Shown piece by piece: positions 48,383 through 58,954 of a stretch of 64,000 bases of DNA (the first letter of the stretch is position 1; every line of letters begins with the position of its first letter). Source of the DNA: a virus; IMG/VR virus record IMGVR_UViG_3300022602_000036, positions 32,001 to 96,000 of that record; one strand, given 5' to 3'. The position numbers were made by a program, and so were the translations under genes. A model generated the notes under the pieces. That model ran no database searches and was not told the origin of the DNA. It worked only from the letters and a program-made list of their open reading frames with translations.

Positions 48383-50536
48383 ATGGCGTTAACCAGAATT
48401 AATCAGGCACAGGTTTTTAACGACGAGTGGAAACAACCAGTCAATGTGGCCACTACCGCTGACGTTGGTAACCTATATCTAGGTAACACACAACCTAATA
48501 CTGTTGATGGAGTATCAACATTCAACGGTATGCGTATTCTAGTAAAAAATCAAACCACAGGATCACAAAATGGTATCTGGGACGTTGTAACTCCTGGTTC
48601 TGGATCAAATGGTTGGTGGATACGCACCACAGACGCCAGCAGTAATCTGTTTATCAAGAGTGGTATGACTGTGGTATCTACACAGGGCAATACCTATGCT
48701 GGTCAAGAATTTCGTTTAACCACAGCTGATCCTATAGTACTAAACAACACAAGTTTAACATTTCAACTGGTGTCAGGTATTCCTGGCGGTGGCAACACAC
48801 AGGTACAGTTTAATGACACCGGATTCCTAAGTGGGACAACAGCATTTACCTACAATAAAGTGTCAAACGTAGTAACGGTCTCTGGTAATCTAACTGTTGG
48901 CAATGTTTATAATCAGGGTAGCGAAACTATTCTTGGTCAGCTGTCAGTTGGCAGTACCATCACTGTCACAGGCAATATATTACCCAGTGCCAACGTTACC
49001 TACAACCTAGGATCGCCAACACAGAAATTTAAGAGTGCTTACTTTAGTGGCAACACTGTGTACATTGGCAGTGAGTCGATGGGCGTTGACCCAAGCGGTA
49101 CTTGGCAGTTTAGCAGTAATGGATCCACAGTAACTTTAGGTGCCAACGCTACATTCAACCCGCCAAGTATTAACGTAACTGGTAATGTATCATCAGCTAT
49201 CGATAACACAGGATTATTAAATTCATCAGGTAACGTCTTAGCCAATACTGTTTCAGCTTATGCATTAAGTGGCTTAATTACCACAGCTGGTCAGACTAAT
49301 ATCACTTCAATTGGTAATCTAACATCATTGAGTGTAGGCGGCACTAGTACCTTTTACTCAGCCCCAATTATTACCCCAACTACTAATGCCACTACCTTAG
49401 GCACAGGTGCACTAATTGTACAAGGTGGTGCTAGCTTTGCTAAAGACGTATATATTGGCGGTAACTTATATGCGGCTAACGTAGTTAGTATAAATTATAG
49501 TTACTTAACAGTCAACGATCCGTTGATCTACCTTCAAGGTAACGTATATCCCTATAACTTTAGTATTGGATTCTATGGTCACTTTATTGGCGGGCCTGCC
49601 AACACATACGCACATACTGGATTTGTACGTTCGTGGACTAATAATGCTTGGTACTTGTTTAGTAATATCGCTGAACCTATTGCAGGCAATGTCAACGTCA
49701 GTGATGGTAATATAATATATGATCCTATTTACACAGGTTCACATACTGTGGTTGGATTTATTAATGCTAATGGTAATGTCTCAGCTAGTACAGTCAACGC
49801 TGGGCAAATTAATACCACAGGTAATGTACTAGCCACTAACGCAGTACTTAACGCATTGACAGTTAATGGTGTGATTAATGCCAGTGGTAACATCTTAGCT
49901 GGCTTTGGTGTGTTCAATGGATTAACTACCAATAACGGTTTAACTGTAAACGGCGGTTGGATTAATAATGCCGGCAATATTGTAGCCACAGGCGGTATCT
50001 TTAACTCTCTAACAGTTAATGGGTTGATCACACAAGGTATTACCACAGCCAATACCGCAACTGCAATATTTACACACGGTAATGATACTAACTTCCAATT
50101 AACAGCACAGAATGGTGTATTATCAAATGCAACCGGTTCAGAAGTAGCACGCTTTGGTATTAACTACAATACAGCAGGTTGGGATAGCTTTACACAATAT
50201 GTACGTGGGGCGTCAAGTCAAAATGGTTACCTAAGTTTCTGGGCAGCTAACGCACCAATAGCTAATGTACAGTCTACTGGCTTAACTGTAACAGGTGTTA
50301 TAAACGCATCAGGTAACATATTATCAACTGGTGCCGTACACAATACCCTAACAGTCAACGGTACAGCAAGCACCAACGTAGCTTCAGTGGCTTCTACAAT
50401 ACTTGCTGGTGCTGTTGGTGTTACTGGTAACATTATTGCCAATGCCAGTGTTATCTATGGTAACACTTCAGGTGGCTATGGTGTGCGTCAATTCTTTAAT
50501 CCTATAACAAATAGTCTAGACACGGTGTTTGGCTAA
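48383..50536 (+). CDS. Tail fibre protein
   Basis: VATT...DGV..GMRILVKNQT..QNGI N-terminal module; GN-rich beta repeats. Confidence 0.75.
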   Translation: MALTRINQAQVFNDEWKQPVNVATTADVGNLYLGNTQPNTVDGVSTFNGMRILVKNQTTGSQNGIWDVVTPGSGSNGWWIRTTDASSNLFIKSGMTVVSTQGNTYAGQEFRLTTADPIVLNNTSLTFQLVSGIPGGGNTQVQFNDTGFLSGTTAFTYNKVSNVVTVSGNLTVGNVYNQGSETILGQLSVGSTITVTGNILPSANVTYNLGSPTQKFKSAYFSGNTVYIGSESMGVDPSGTWQFSSNGSTVTLGANATFNPPSINVTGNVSSAIDNTGLLNSSGNVLANTVSAYALSGLITTAGQTNITSIGNLTSLSVGGTSTFYSAPIITPTTNATTLGTGALIVQGGASFAKDVYIGGNLYAANVVSINYSYLTVNDPLIYLQGNVYPYNFSIGFYGHFIGGPANTYAHTGFVRSWTNNAWYLFSNIAEPIAGNVNVSDGNIIYDPIYTGSHTVVGFINANGNVSASTVNAGQINTTGNVLATNAVLNALTVNGVINASGNILAGFGVFNGLTTNNGLTVNGGWINNAGNIVATGGIFNSLTVNGLITQGITTANTATAIFTHGNDTNFQLTAQNGVLSNATGSEVARFGINYNTAGWDSFTQYVRGASSQNGYLSFWAANAPIANVQSTGLTVTGVINASGNILSTGAVHNTLTVNGTASTNVASVASTILAGAVGVTGNIIANASVIYGNTSGGYGVRQFFNPITNSLDTVFG

Positions 50537-51474
50537 TGGTAACACTGGTTAGTCGTATATCTAGTACTGGTGTTTATTCAACTAATGCTAACTCTACTGT
50601 GGGCATTTTTGACGAAGTTTCTAATGCTGGAGTAAGTAAAAAAGTGTTTGCTAATGGTATGATAATGACCAGTGGCATCTTAGATGAAACTAGTATTGCG
50701 GGCTCAGCTACAGCAATGAGCGAATATCCTAACGGCAACATAGCAGTATCAGGATACTTTGATGAAGTAACAGGTGGGTTGGTAACTAATGGCTTACTGG
50801 CCTACATAGATGCCAGCAAACAAGAAAGCTATGTTAGATCAGGCACTAAAATATTTGATCTAGTCAACCCTGCTAATCCAGCAACTTTAAACGGTGCAGT
50901 TACCTGGGTAGCCAATGGTGCTAATAATAGTAGTAGCTACTGGTGGTGGCCAAGTCAAGCATCAACAAATTACATATCCAGTACAATTACACAAAACTAT
51001 TTAGATTTTACTATTGTTTTCCAACCAGATTTCACACTTAATTCAAATTCTGCACTTGTGGGACTAATTGCTGCAAGCAACGATACTACCACCTATGATG
51101 AAAGTTTGAGATTAAGCGGTGCTAACGGCACAGGACCTTGGACCTTAATTAATCCCGACAATCAAAATGGATGGGCCAATGTTGCTACTACTTTTTATAT
51201 CAATGGAGTGACTAGTACTACCAACGGAGCGGCTATAAATGCAGGTTGGAATGTCTTAGGTGGATATCGTACTAATCAGACCAGCACATTAGCTAATGGT
51301 ACCTTTGGGCCGTTTAGTTATTTCTTAGGCACAGAAGGATACAGCACAGTACGTGACTTTCGCGGCAACATAGCCGCAGTGGCCTTATACAACCGCCAAC
51401 TATCAGCTGGTGAACAGATTAACAATTACAATTATTTTGCAGGTCGTTTTGGCCTACCATACATTGGCAGATAA
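50536..51474 (+). CDS. LamG/ConA-like virion protein
   Basis: VTNGLLAYIDA...SY; FRGNIAAVALYNRQLS.GE..NNY. Confidence 0.75.
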   Translation: MVTLVSRISSTGVYSTNANSTVGIFDEVSNAGVSKKVFANGMIMTSGILDETSIAGSATAMSEYPNGNIAVSGYFDEVTGGLVTNGLLAYIDASKQESYVRSGTKIFDLVNPANPATLNGAVTWVANGANNSSSYWWWPSQASTNYISSTITQNYLDFTIVFQPDFTLNSNSALVGLIAASNDTTTYDESLRLSGANGTGPWTLINPDNQNGWANVATTFYINGVTSTTNGAAINAGWNVLGGYRTNQTSTLANGTFGPFSYFLGTEGYSTVRDFRGNIAAVALYNRQLSAGEQINNYNYFAGRFGLPYIGR

Positions 51475-51484
51475 ATACTAAACT

Positions 51485-52942
51485 ATGGCTAAACTACAAT
51501 CAGGTACAGTAGTCTACGGTAACTTAACTGTAAACACATTTGCAAATATTAACGGTAACCTTATCTTAGGTGCGCAGATATATGCCGCAGGTTCACCTGG
51601 CGTTAACGGACAGGTCCTACAAAATGTAGGCGGTACTGGAGTAGCATGGGCTAACCCTAGTTCAGGCTCTAGTATCTTTAACGGTACTAGTAACGTAACA
51701 GTATTATCATCAGGCAGTAACGTAGTTGTTTCAGTAGCAGGTGCTATTATTGCCAACATTGGCTCAAGTGGTATGACCATTATAGGTGGCTTATCAGCAG
51801 GTTCTATCACAGGTAACGGTGCAGCCTTAACTGGATTGCCTGCAGGTTATAGTAACGTTAATGCCGCAACATATTTGCCAATTTACTCAGGTACGGTGGG
51901 TGCTAGTTTTGTTAACTCAACAGGTAACGTTCTAGCGCAAGCTGGTGTATTTAACGCTCTTGGTATTAACGGTGCTATCACTGGTACTGGCTATATTAAT
52001 ACCACAGCTAATATTTCAACAGCACAACTTAATGCTGGTCAGATTAACACAACTGGCAATATTTTATCAACTGGTGCTGTGCATAACGCACTCACAGTTA
52101 ACGGTGCAACTACTGTAACAGGTAATATTTCAGCTCCTACTATGAATGTTACACATACCACTATAGGTAGTACATACGGAAACCAATCAATTATTGGGGT
52201 ATGGAGTGGAAGTGATGGCAGTAATAACGAATTTTTAGAATTAACTAATACACGTACTGCAGCAGGGTCAACCTGGACTACAGCAGGTTACCGACTACAA
52301 CAAAAAATTGATGCTACATGGATGGGTTATGTACAGTTTAACGGTGCGTCAACTAACGGTGGCATTGCGTTTGGTACTGGTACTAATACTACTAACGCAG
52401 TATCAGTTACAGATAGTGTAAGGATTGACACCAACGGTGTAACCATTGTTGGTCTCAAAAATCAAACAGTAGCAATATCAAACGGTGGCACTAGCGGCGT
52501 AGGTAATATTGGTGCTGCAGGTGCTGTATTTAATACCATATTCGGTAAAGCAACCACAGCACAATACGCTGACTTGGCTGAGATCTATACCAGTGACTTT
52601 GACTATGAACCCGGTACAGTGGTCATCTTTGGCGGCACAGCAGAAGTCACAGTATCAACTCTAAGTCACGACACACGCATAGCTGGAGTGGTAAGTACAA
52701 ACCCAGCATACTTGATGAACAGCACAGAAACTGGCGTAGAAGTAGCACTAATGGGGCGAGTACCTTGCTCTGTACTAGGTCCTGTGGCCAAAGGTGATCG
52801 TCTAGTTGCTAGCCAAACAGCAGGTGTTGCTCAACGACTTAACACCAATTTATACCAACCAGGTTGCATCATTGGCAAGGCCTTAGAAGCCATTGATTCT
52901 GCAACAATTTCAACCATAGAAGTAGTAGTAGGACGCTTATAA
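51485..52942 (+). CDS. Tail fibre protein with C-terminal autocleaving chaperone-like domain
   Basis: Same YADLAE...IEVVVGR domain as 42538-44010. Confidence 0.75.
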   Translation: MAKLQSGTVVYGNLTVNTFANINGNLILGAQIYAAGSPGVNGQVLQNVGGTGVAWANPSSGSSIFNGTSNVTVLSSGSNVVVSVAGAIIANIGSSGMTIIGGLSAGSITGNGAALTGLPAGYSNVNAATYLPIYSGTVGASFVNSTGNVLAQAGVFNALGINGAITGTGYINTTANISTAQLNAGQINTTGNILSTGAVHNALTVNGATTVTGNISAPTMNVTHTTIGSTYGNQSIIGVWSGSDGSNNEFLELTNTRTAAGSTWTTAGYRLQQKIDATWMGYVQFNGASTNGGIAFGTGTNTTNAVSVTDSVRIDTNGVTIVGLKNQTVAISNGGTSGVGNIGAAGAVFNTIFGKATTAQYADLAEIYTSDFDYEPGTVVIFGGTAEVTVSTLSHDTRIAGVVSTNPAYLMNSTETGVEVALMGRVPCSVLGPVAKGDRLVASQTAGVAQRLNTNLYQPGCIIGKALEAIDSATISTIEVVVGRL

Positions 52943-53007
52943 ATCACTTGACTTTTTAACCAAAAGACTGTATAATACAGTTATAAATTAGTTAAAAAGG
53001 TCCAAGT

Positions 53008-53376
53008 TTGAATCAAGTTACTGTTAGAACCCGCTTGTATCAGCCTAGTTTTCACCGTGCAGACTCTTACTGCGAGCACGAAATAACTGGCGAATTACTC
53101 AACACTGTCAAGTGGTTAAAGCCTGACGAATTAGCTATAACGAACCCCCAACACCCAAACGGATTCAGTATCATACAAAAGAAAAATATTCTATGGATGC
53201 GAGATCTAGCTGGTAAAAAATCCACAGTAACAGTAGATCCAGACTATCAGCAGTGGACTGTCAAAGGGTCAAAAGGCAATGAATATCTTGTAATTCGTCA
53301 AAAAGGCCAGTATAATTGTACATGTCCAGGCTTTACATATCGCCATAATTGTCGTCACATCACGGAGGTCCAATGA
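53008..53376 (+). CDS. SWIM zinc finger protein
   Basis: VKGSKGNEY...CTCPGF..RHNCRH. Confidence 0.8.
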   Translation: MNQVTVRTRLYQPSFHRADSYCEHEITGELLNTVKWLKPDELAITNPQHPNGFSIIQKKNILWMRDLAGKKSTVTVDPDYQQWTVKGSKGNEYLVIRQKGQYNCTCPGFTYRHNCRHITEVQ

Positions 53377-54686
53377 ATAATCCTTGGGATATAATCCAAG
53401 AACTAGAATCAGATAACAGTCGCTTGGCTAAAGAAGCAGTCATTGAGCACGAAGCACTAGCAGACAATGTAGAATTCTTTGCTGGCTGTCGTTTGGCATT
53501 AGATGCTATGATTACCTTTGGTGTTAAAAAGGTAGACGAAACTGACTCAGATGGATTTGGATTAACTTGGGCAGAGTTCGCTCAACTAGCTGATGCACTG
53601 GCCAATCGTGAACTAACAGGCAACAATGCACAGTCAGCTATAGAACAAGCACGCAAAAGTTCTACTAAGCTACAATGGAATCTTTGGTATCGTCGTATCT
53701 TAATCAAAGACCTACGCTGTGGAGTCAGTGAAAAAACTGTAAACACTGTGATCAAACGAGCTAAGAAACCTGCTTATGAGATTCCTGTATTCAGTTGTCA
53801 ACTAGCGCATGACTCAGCTAATCATGATGGTAAACTTGCCGGTGCTAAATTAATTGAAGTTAAACTAGATGGTGTTCGTGTAATTACCATTGTTTACCCA
53901 AATGGACAAGTAGATCAATACAGTCGCAATGGTAAAGAGCTGGTAAACTTTCCACACATCAAACAACAGATTGCTTTGCACGCTGATTCATTTAAGGAAC
54001 CTATGGTGCTTGATGGCGAAGTCATGTCAGCTAGTTTCCAAGATCTAATGAAAATGGTACATCGTAAGAGTGATGTTAAAAGCAATGATGCTGTGCTGAA
54101 TTTGTTTGATGTTATTACTCTTAAAGAGTTCCAAGCAGGACAAGGCATTCATAGACAAATTGATCGTAGCATAAGTTTGGCCGCTTGGTATAGTCAAGTA
54201 GCTGATGATATGCCTAATGTTACTGTAGTAGGTCAAGAGCAGGTTAACCTAGATATACCAGCTGGGCAAGCTCGTTTCCTACAGATCAATCAAGAAGCTA
54301 TTGATGGTGGGTACGAAGGTATTATGGTTAAGAATCCATTAGGGATTTATGAATGTAAACGCACTATCAATTGGTTAAAATTAAAACCATTTATTGAAGT
54401 AAGTTTGGAGGTAACAGATGTCGAAGAAGGTACAGGCCGTAACCAAGGCCGTTTGGGGGCTTTGGTATGTAGTGGCCAAGACAATGGCCGTAATATTACT
54501 GTTAACTGCGGTAGCGGGTTTACTGATAACGATCGCGGAGTATTTTGGGCCAACCGTGACAAGTTGGTTGGGCAAGTAGTTGAGGTACGTGCTGATGCTG
54601 TTACGCAAAATCAAGACGGTTCTTACTCCTTACGCTTTCCTAGGTTCTTGCGTTTTAGGGGGTTTGAAGTTGGCGAAAAACTATAA
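53373..54686 (+). CDS. ATP-dependent DNA ligase
   Basis: KLDGVR, LDGEV, EGIMVK, WLKLK, SLRFPRF. Confidence 0.95.
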   Translation: MNNPWDIIQELESDNSRLAKEAVIEHEALADNVEFFAGCRLALDAMITFGVKKVDETDSDGFGLTWAEFAQLADALANRELTGNNAQSAIEQARKSSTKLQWNLWYRRILIKDLRCGVSEKTVNTVIKRAKKPAYEIPVFSCQLAHDSANHDGKLAGAKLIEVKLDGVRVITIVYPNGQVDQYSRNGKELVNFPHIKQQIALHADSFKEPMVLDGEVMSASFQDLMKMVHRKSDVKSNDAVLNLFDVITLKEFQAGQGIHRQIDRSISLAAWYSQVADDMPNVTVVGQEQVNLDIPAGQARFLQINQEAIDGGYEGIMVKNPLGIYECKRTINWLKLKPFIEVSLEVTDVEEGTGRNQGRLGALVCSGQDNGRNITVNCGSGFTDNDRGVFWANRDKLVGQVVEVRADAVTQNQDGSYSLRFPRFLRFRGFEVGEKL

Positions 54687-54930
54687 GTTAGCTCAAGAAG
54701 CTGACAAAGATAAAGTCTACGGTGCTCTTAAAGAGTTCACTCGCAACTCTCGTCTATGGCGTTCAAGTCCAGTTGGTCGTGAATATTGCCACTTGACAGA
54801 AGAAGGCAGAGAAGTTATCATAGACATGATGCAGGATATGTTGCGTACTATTGATATATTAGAACGTAAGGCATTTGATCAACGTGCTAAAGAAATTGTG
54901 TTTGAAACACTGAAAGGTAAAGGTGAATAA
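54670..54930 (+). CDS. Hypothetical protein
   Basis: ORF track; TTG start inferred. Confidence 0.55.
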   Translation: MAKNYKLAQEADKDKVYGALKEFTRNSRLWRSSPVGREYCHLTEEGREVIIDMMQDMLRTIDILERKAFDQRAKEIVFETLKGKGE

Positions 54931-55268
54931 TGGTTGCTGGTATGCGGCGTGATTTCGTAGAAGAACAGAGCGATACTAATCCTGTGGTATACTGTAAGGA
55001 CTGCAAATATTACTATCGTACGTTTGGTATGTGGATGGCTCAAACGGAAGCACGATGTACTCGCGGTCGTCAACCTAAAGTCAATCTTGTCACAGGTAAA
55101 ATAGGGCCGCTTGATTACTATAACTTAGAACGTTGTCAACGTGAGCGGACTAATGAGTATATTGTTAATTGCGGCGAAGAAGGCAAATTTTGGTCTCCTC
55201 GCAAGCCTTCGCCAGAAACCACAATGTTAATGTTAAAAAGAAAGGTACCAAATGATTCTAACTCGTAA
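54930..55268 (+). CDS. Cys-rich hypothetical protein
   Basis: CKDCKY...C...C..ER...CG.EG.FW. Confidence 0.65.
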   Translation: MVAGMRRDFVEEQSDTNPVVYCKDCKYYYRTFGMWMAQTEARCTRGRQPKVNLVTGKIGPLDYYNLERCQRERTNEYIVNCGEEGKFWSPRKPSPETTMLMLKRKVPNDSNS

Positions 55269-55524
55269 TGAACTTATTGAATCACTACAAGATGGTATTG
55301 TAACTGTAACTTTTACCAAAGTAAATGGTGAGGTTCGTACTATGCCTTGTACTCTGCGTGAAGATATTGTTCCACCTAGGCCTACACCTGCTGAAGGTGC
55401 AGAAACTAAAACTAAGAAAAAGAATGATGGTGTAATTAGTGCGTGGTGCATTGATAAAGGTGCATGGCGCAGTTTTCGCTATGATAGTATTGTTAGTCTA
55501 CAGTTTGATGGCAGTGGACAGTAA
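55252..55524 (+). CDS. WYL-like SH3 beta-barrel protein
   Basis: VTFTKVNGEVRTMPCTL...WRSFR. Confidence 0.75.
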   Translation: MILTRNELIESLQDGIVTVTFTKVNGEVRTMPCTLREDIVPPRPTPAEGAETKTKKKNDGVISAWCIDKGAWRSFRYDSIVSLQFDGSGQ

Positions 55525-55624
55525 TTTAACCAAAATAGGTTGACATGTGCGTATTTTTCCGCTATTATATATGTTCATGCTGTATTTTAAATAGCAAACT
55601 TTTAACTCTATGGAGAAGTAACAA

Positions 55625-56011
55625 ATGGCAAAAACTACTAAAGTAACAATGGCAACAGCACCAGCTAAGAAAGCACCTGCTAAGGCTCCAGCAAAAGCAC
55701 CTGCTAAGGCTCCAGCAAAAGCACCTGCTAAGGCACCAGCTAAGGCTCCTAAAAAAGCTTCAGTTAACCTAGCTAAGGTAACTAACCAAAAAGCGTTCTT
55801 AGAAAAATACCTACGTGGTACAGGTCGTACCTTATCAGTAGCGCAAGCAAAAGCTAACTACGGTATTGCAAAATTGTCAGCACGTATTAGTGAAATGCGC
55901 GATGCTGGTTTAGTAATCTACACAGATGAAAACACCTCAGGTAAAGCAACTTACCGTATCGTTGCTCGTGACGTTGCAGGTTCACGTGCTAAAGTGTTTT
56001 CAGCAAACTAA
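55625..56011 (+). CDS. DNA-binding protein with PAKA repeats and winged HTH
   Basis: Tandem APAK repeats, then YGIAKLSARISEMRDAG. Confidence 0.75.
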   Translation: MAKTTKVTMATAPAKKAPAKAPAKAPAKAPAKAPAKAPAKAPKKASVNLAKVTNQKAFLEKYLRGTGRTLSVAQAKANYGIAKLSARISEMRDAGLVIYTDENTSGKATYRIVARDVAGSRAKVFSAN

Positions 56012-56036
56012 TATCTAGGTAGATTTACCAAAGATA

Positions 56037-56062
56037 AAAAAAGCCCCGTTTGGGGCTTTTTT
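56037..56062. terminator. Bidirectional terminator
   Basis: AAAAAAGCCCC-gttt-GGGGCTTTTTT between convergent genes. Confidence 0.85.
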
Positions 56063-56076
56063 GTTGGCTATAGATG

Positions 56077-56397
56077 TTAATTAACAATAGTGGCTAAATC
56101 AATAACGGTTTCATTAGTCCAATTAGTGGTATATGTTATACTGTGTGCTGATTTCCATGCATTGATATCTGCTATTAGCCCTGCGTCTGTTAAAGTATAA
56201 GTTGATACAAAAGAATTAGCTGCATCTGTATTGCTAAAAATCAAAATAGTTTTAGTAGTTGTGCCTGTTTTTTGGTTTAAAGAATTTGCTTCTAAGTAGG
56301 TTGCGATATTTTTAGCCCAATCACTAGCAGTGACTGATGGTGGAAATGGTCCAACGTTATTTGGATCTTCTACTGTAAAAGTATATACTACTGACAT
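56077..56397 (-). CDS. Hypothetical protein
   Basis: AAGGA RBS and late promoter on the minus strand. Confidence 0.65.
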   Translation of the reverse strand: MSVVYTFTVEDPNNVGPFPPSVTASDWAKNIATYLEANSLNQKTGTTTKTILIFSNTDAANSFVSTYTLTDAGLIADINAWKSAHSITYTTNWTNETVIDLATIVN

Positions 56398-56497
56398 ATG
56401 GTATTCCTTATTAAACTGTTATAGTTATTTATCTGATTGACAAACAAATCAAAAGATGTTATAATATACGCATATTAAACAATAAAGAAAGCGAACA

Positions 56498-57076
56498 ATG
56501 AGTACTCGTTTATACGTAGGACTTGGGGCAGCAATTTTTGTAGGTAATATAATCTATGCTCAATATGAAGATAGTCGTATTAGTAGCATAGAAGATAGTG
56601 TTATCCAAATTGGCAGTGATGTAGCAGAAATCAAACAGGCAGTGTTAGAACAACAAACAACGTCAATCAAATACACTAAAAAAGATGTTGAATGCCTAGC
56701 ACGCAATATCTACTACGAAGCAGGTGTAGAGCCGTTAATGGGCAAATATGCTGTGGCCAATGTAACTATTAACCGTGTTAAAAGCGGCTATTGGGGCTCG
56801 CATGTATGTGATGTAGTCTACGCCAAAGACCAGTTTAGTTGGACCAAAGAGAAAAAGCGTGCTTGGATACAACTAAAAGGCAGTAATTGGGCAACTAGCC
56901 GTGCAGTGGCAGAGTCTGCACTAACACAGGGCATTCGTGTTAAGCAATTGAAGCACGCATTATTCTATCACGCAGATTACGTTAGTCCTACTTGGCGTGA
57001 TCGTACTAAACAAGTACTTAAAGTAGGGCAACATATTTTTTACTCACAAGCAAAGGGCAGTAATTTATCAATATGA
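56498..57076 (+). CDS. SleB-like cell wall hydrolase (Hydrolase_2)
   Basis: CLARNIYYEA, AVANVTINRV, QFSW, FYHADYV, GQHIFY. Confidence 0.9.
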   Translation: MSTRLYVGLGAAIFVGNIIYAQYEDSRISSIEDSVIQIGSDVAEIKQAVLEQQTTSIKYTKKDVECLARNIYYEAGVEPLMGKYAVANVTINRVKSGYWGSHVCDVVYAKDQFSWTKEKKRAWIQLKGSNWATSRAVAESALTQGIRVKQLKHALFYHADYVSPTWRDRTKQVLKVGQHIFYSQAKGSNLSI

Positions 57077-57537
57077 AATATTTTAGTTATGGTATGAACA
57101 CAAACTTGGCCAGTATGGCAGTACGCTGCCCAAGTGCTCAGAGTCTAGGAGCTGCTGTTCTACCGCATTATGAATTTGAATTCAAATCATTTGCTACAAT
57201 CTCACCTAAAATGGGCGCAGAAACCCACGGAGTTCTTTGGGAAATCACCCCCGAGTGCGAAAAGAGTTTGGACCGCTTAGAAGGATATCCCGTATACTAC
57301 GGTAAAATTATTGTATGGGTTGAACACAATGGTATGTTGACTCCGGCAATGACCTACCTAATGTATCCAGAAGAAGAACCTAACTATCCAAGTAATAGCT
57401 ATGTGCGTATGTTAGAGGAAGGTTACACAGCACACGGCGTCAGCACAGATCAAATTAATCAAGCATTAGATCATTTAAATAACCACTTTGGTTTGACATC
57501 TGGTCTCAATGACACTACACTATACTCATACACCTAA
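57073..57537 (+). CDS. Gamma-glutamylcyclotransferase (AIG2-like)
   Basis: YFSYGMN...RCP...GVLWEI...LDRLEGYP. Confidence 0.85.
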   Translation: MKYFSYGMNTNLASMAVRCPSAQSLGAAVLPHYEFEFKSFATISPKMGAETHGVLWEITPECEKSLDRLEGYPVYYGKIIVWVEHNGMLTPAMTYLMYPEEEPNYPSNSYVRMLEEGYTAHGVSTDQINQALDHLNNHFGLTSGLNDTTLYSYT

Positions 57538-57548
57538 GGAGAAGCAAC

Positions 57549-58052
57549 ATGGCAATTTGGACCGTTAGTACCTATCATAAAAAATCTTGTCAAGAAACTG
57601 AACATTGGGTTCAGGACGAAGGCGAAGGCAGCATCACTGTTAGGAATGGTTTCCGTTATGGCGAGTGGACTGTAGAAACAGATGACGACAACCCTCCAGA
57701 ATTTGAATTTACAGAAGTACCTGGTGGTGATGGTCGTAAAGACAGTATCAATATGTTGGACTGCGAAGTCAATAATATTGAAAGCGTTGAGCTTGTTGAA
57801 ATGTTTGATGGCGGTTGCTGGTATGATATTACCATTGAAGGGCTTGACGAGGAAGCTGAGGAAGAACTACAAGAGTTTATTGATGAAAACAGCATTTATG
57901 ATCTAGAAGGCCGTGAAGACGACTCTTGGAGCCAAGATGATAGCGAATGGTGGATCTGGGGTCCAATTGAAATTAAAAACGAAGCTGGTGAACGTGTACG
58001 TATTATCTGTGCAGATGATGCTGGTAATACCGTTGACTTTGTGGAAGAATAA
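57549..58052 (+). CDS. Acidic hypothetical protein
   Basis: AAGGAG RBS. Confidence 0.75.
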   Translation: MAIWTVSTYHKKSCQETEHWVQDEGEGSITVRNGFRYGEWTVETDDDNPPEFEFTEVPGGDGRKDSINMLDCEVNNIESVELVEMFDGGCWYDITIEGLDEEAEEELQEFIDENSIYDLEGREDDSWSQDDSEWWIWGPIEIKNEAGERVRIICADDAGNTVDFVEE

Positions 58053-58219
58053 TGTCCAATAATAGTTCTTACGTTGGCATAAAAGTAGAATGCCCAAATG
58101 GCATTATTGGTACAGTTACTCACGAAAACGACGAGTGGATTATTATCCAAGATGATGCTGGTACTGGTGAATATATGTTTACCAAACTTGGTTGCAAAGT
58201 ATTAAAGGATACAGAATAA
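58052..58219 (+). CDS. Hypothetical protein (55 aa)
   Basis: TAATG overlaps at both ends. Confidence 0.55.
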   Translation: MSNNSSYVGIKVECPNGIIGTVTHENDEWIIIQDDAGTGEYMFTKLGCKVLKDTE

Positions 58220-58635
58220 TGTCAGTCCACGTACCTAGTCAAGGTAATTACGGTAATATTACTATAGGTGCTGGTGTTATGTCTACTGCTGGGTCAGCTG
58301 GGTCAGGCACACATACTATCAGTATAACCAATGGTGGTAGTGGGTATCCAAATAGTGTGCTAACCGCCACTGGTACAGGAGCCACTACTTGGGCCAATAA
58401 CACCAGTACTAAAATGAATGTAAAAGGTCAGCTTAACCTAGATGGAGAAGGTGCTGACATTGTTATGAATGGTGTTAGCCTTAAAGGTATCTTAAATGGT
58501 ATCACTGATCGTTTAAGTATCCTACAGCCCAAACCAGATATGTTGGAAAAATATGACAACCTACGTCAGGCCTACGAACACTATAAAACTTTAGAAGCAT
58601 TATTATACGATGATCAAGAACCTAGCAACAAGTAG
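58219..58635 (+). CDS. Hypothetical protein
   Basis: ATG 58219; C-terminal EKY..LRQAYEHYK motif. Confidence 0.65.
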   Translation: MSVHVPSQGNYGNITIGAGVMSTAGSAGSGTHTISITNGGSGYPNSVLTATGTGATTWANNTSTKMNVKGQLNLDGEGADIVMNGVSLKGILNGITDRLSILQPKPDMLEKYDNLRQAYEHYKTLEALLYDDQEPSNK

Positions 58636-58954
58636 TGCCTATGTAACAGTAACAGGAAACTATCCTCCAAACATTTACAATAATGGTATGTTAAATGTTG
58701 GGCAGATAAGATACAATCCTACCAATCAAAACATGGAAGTCTATGATGGCAGCATGTGGCAAGTAATGAGTCAGGGCGTGACTGTTGGCTTAAGTTGGGA
58801 CGCTGATAGTGCTATTCGTTGGGCCATTGAAAAACAGCGAGAAGAAGCTACTCTTAAAGAGCGCATGGAAAAACATCCTGGGCTTAAAGATGCTTATGAG
58901 AAATTTCAAGTGATGGATATTCTTACCAGGGAAGAAGATGGCAAACCCGCGTAA
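58610..58954 (+). CDS. Hypothetical protein
   Basis: GQIRYN...EVYDG..W; EKHPGLKDAYEKF. Confidence 0.7.
   Translation: MIKNLATSSAYVTVTGNYPPNIYNNGMLNVGQIRYNPTNQNMEVYDGSMWQVMSQGVTVGLSWDADSAIRWAIEKQREEATLKERMEKHPGLKDAYEKFQVMDILTREEDGKPA

Noticed and set aside
42538-52942. Diversity-generating retroelement acting on tail fibres
   Set aside because: No reverse transcriptase and no template/variable repeat pair with adenine-specific differences seen
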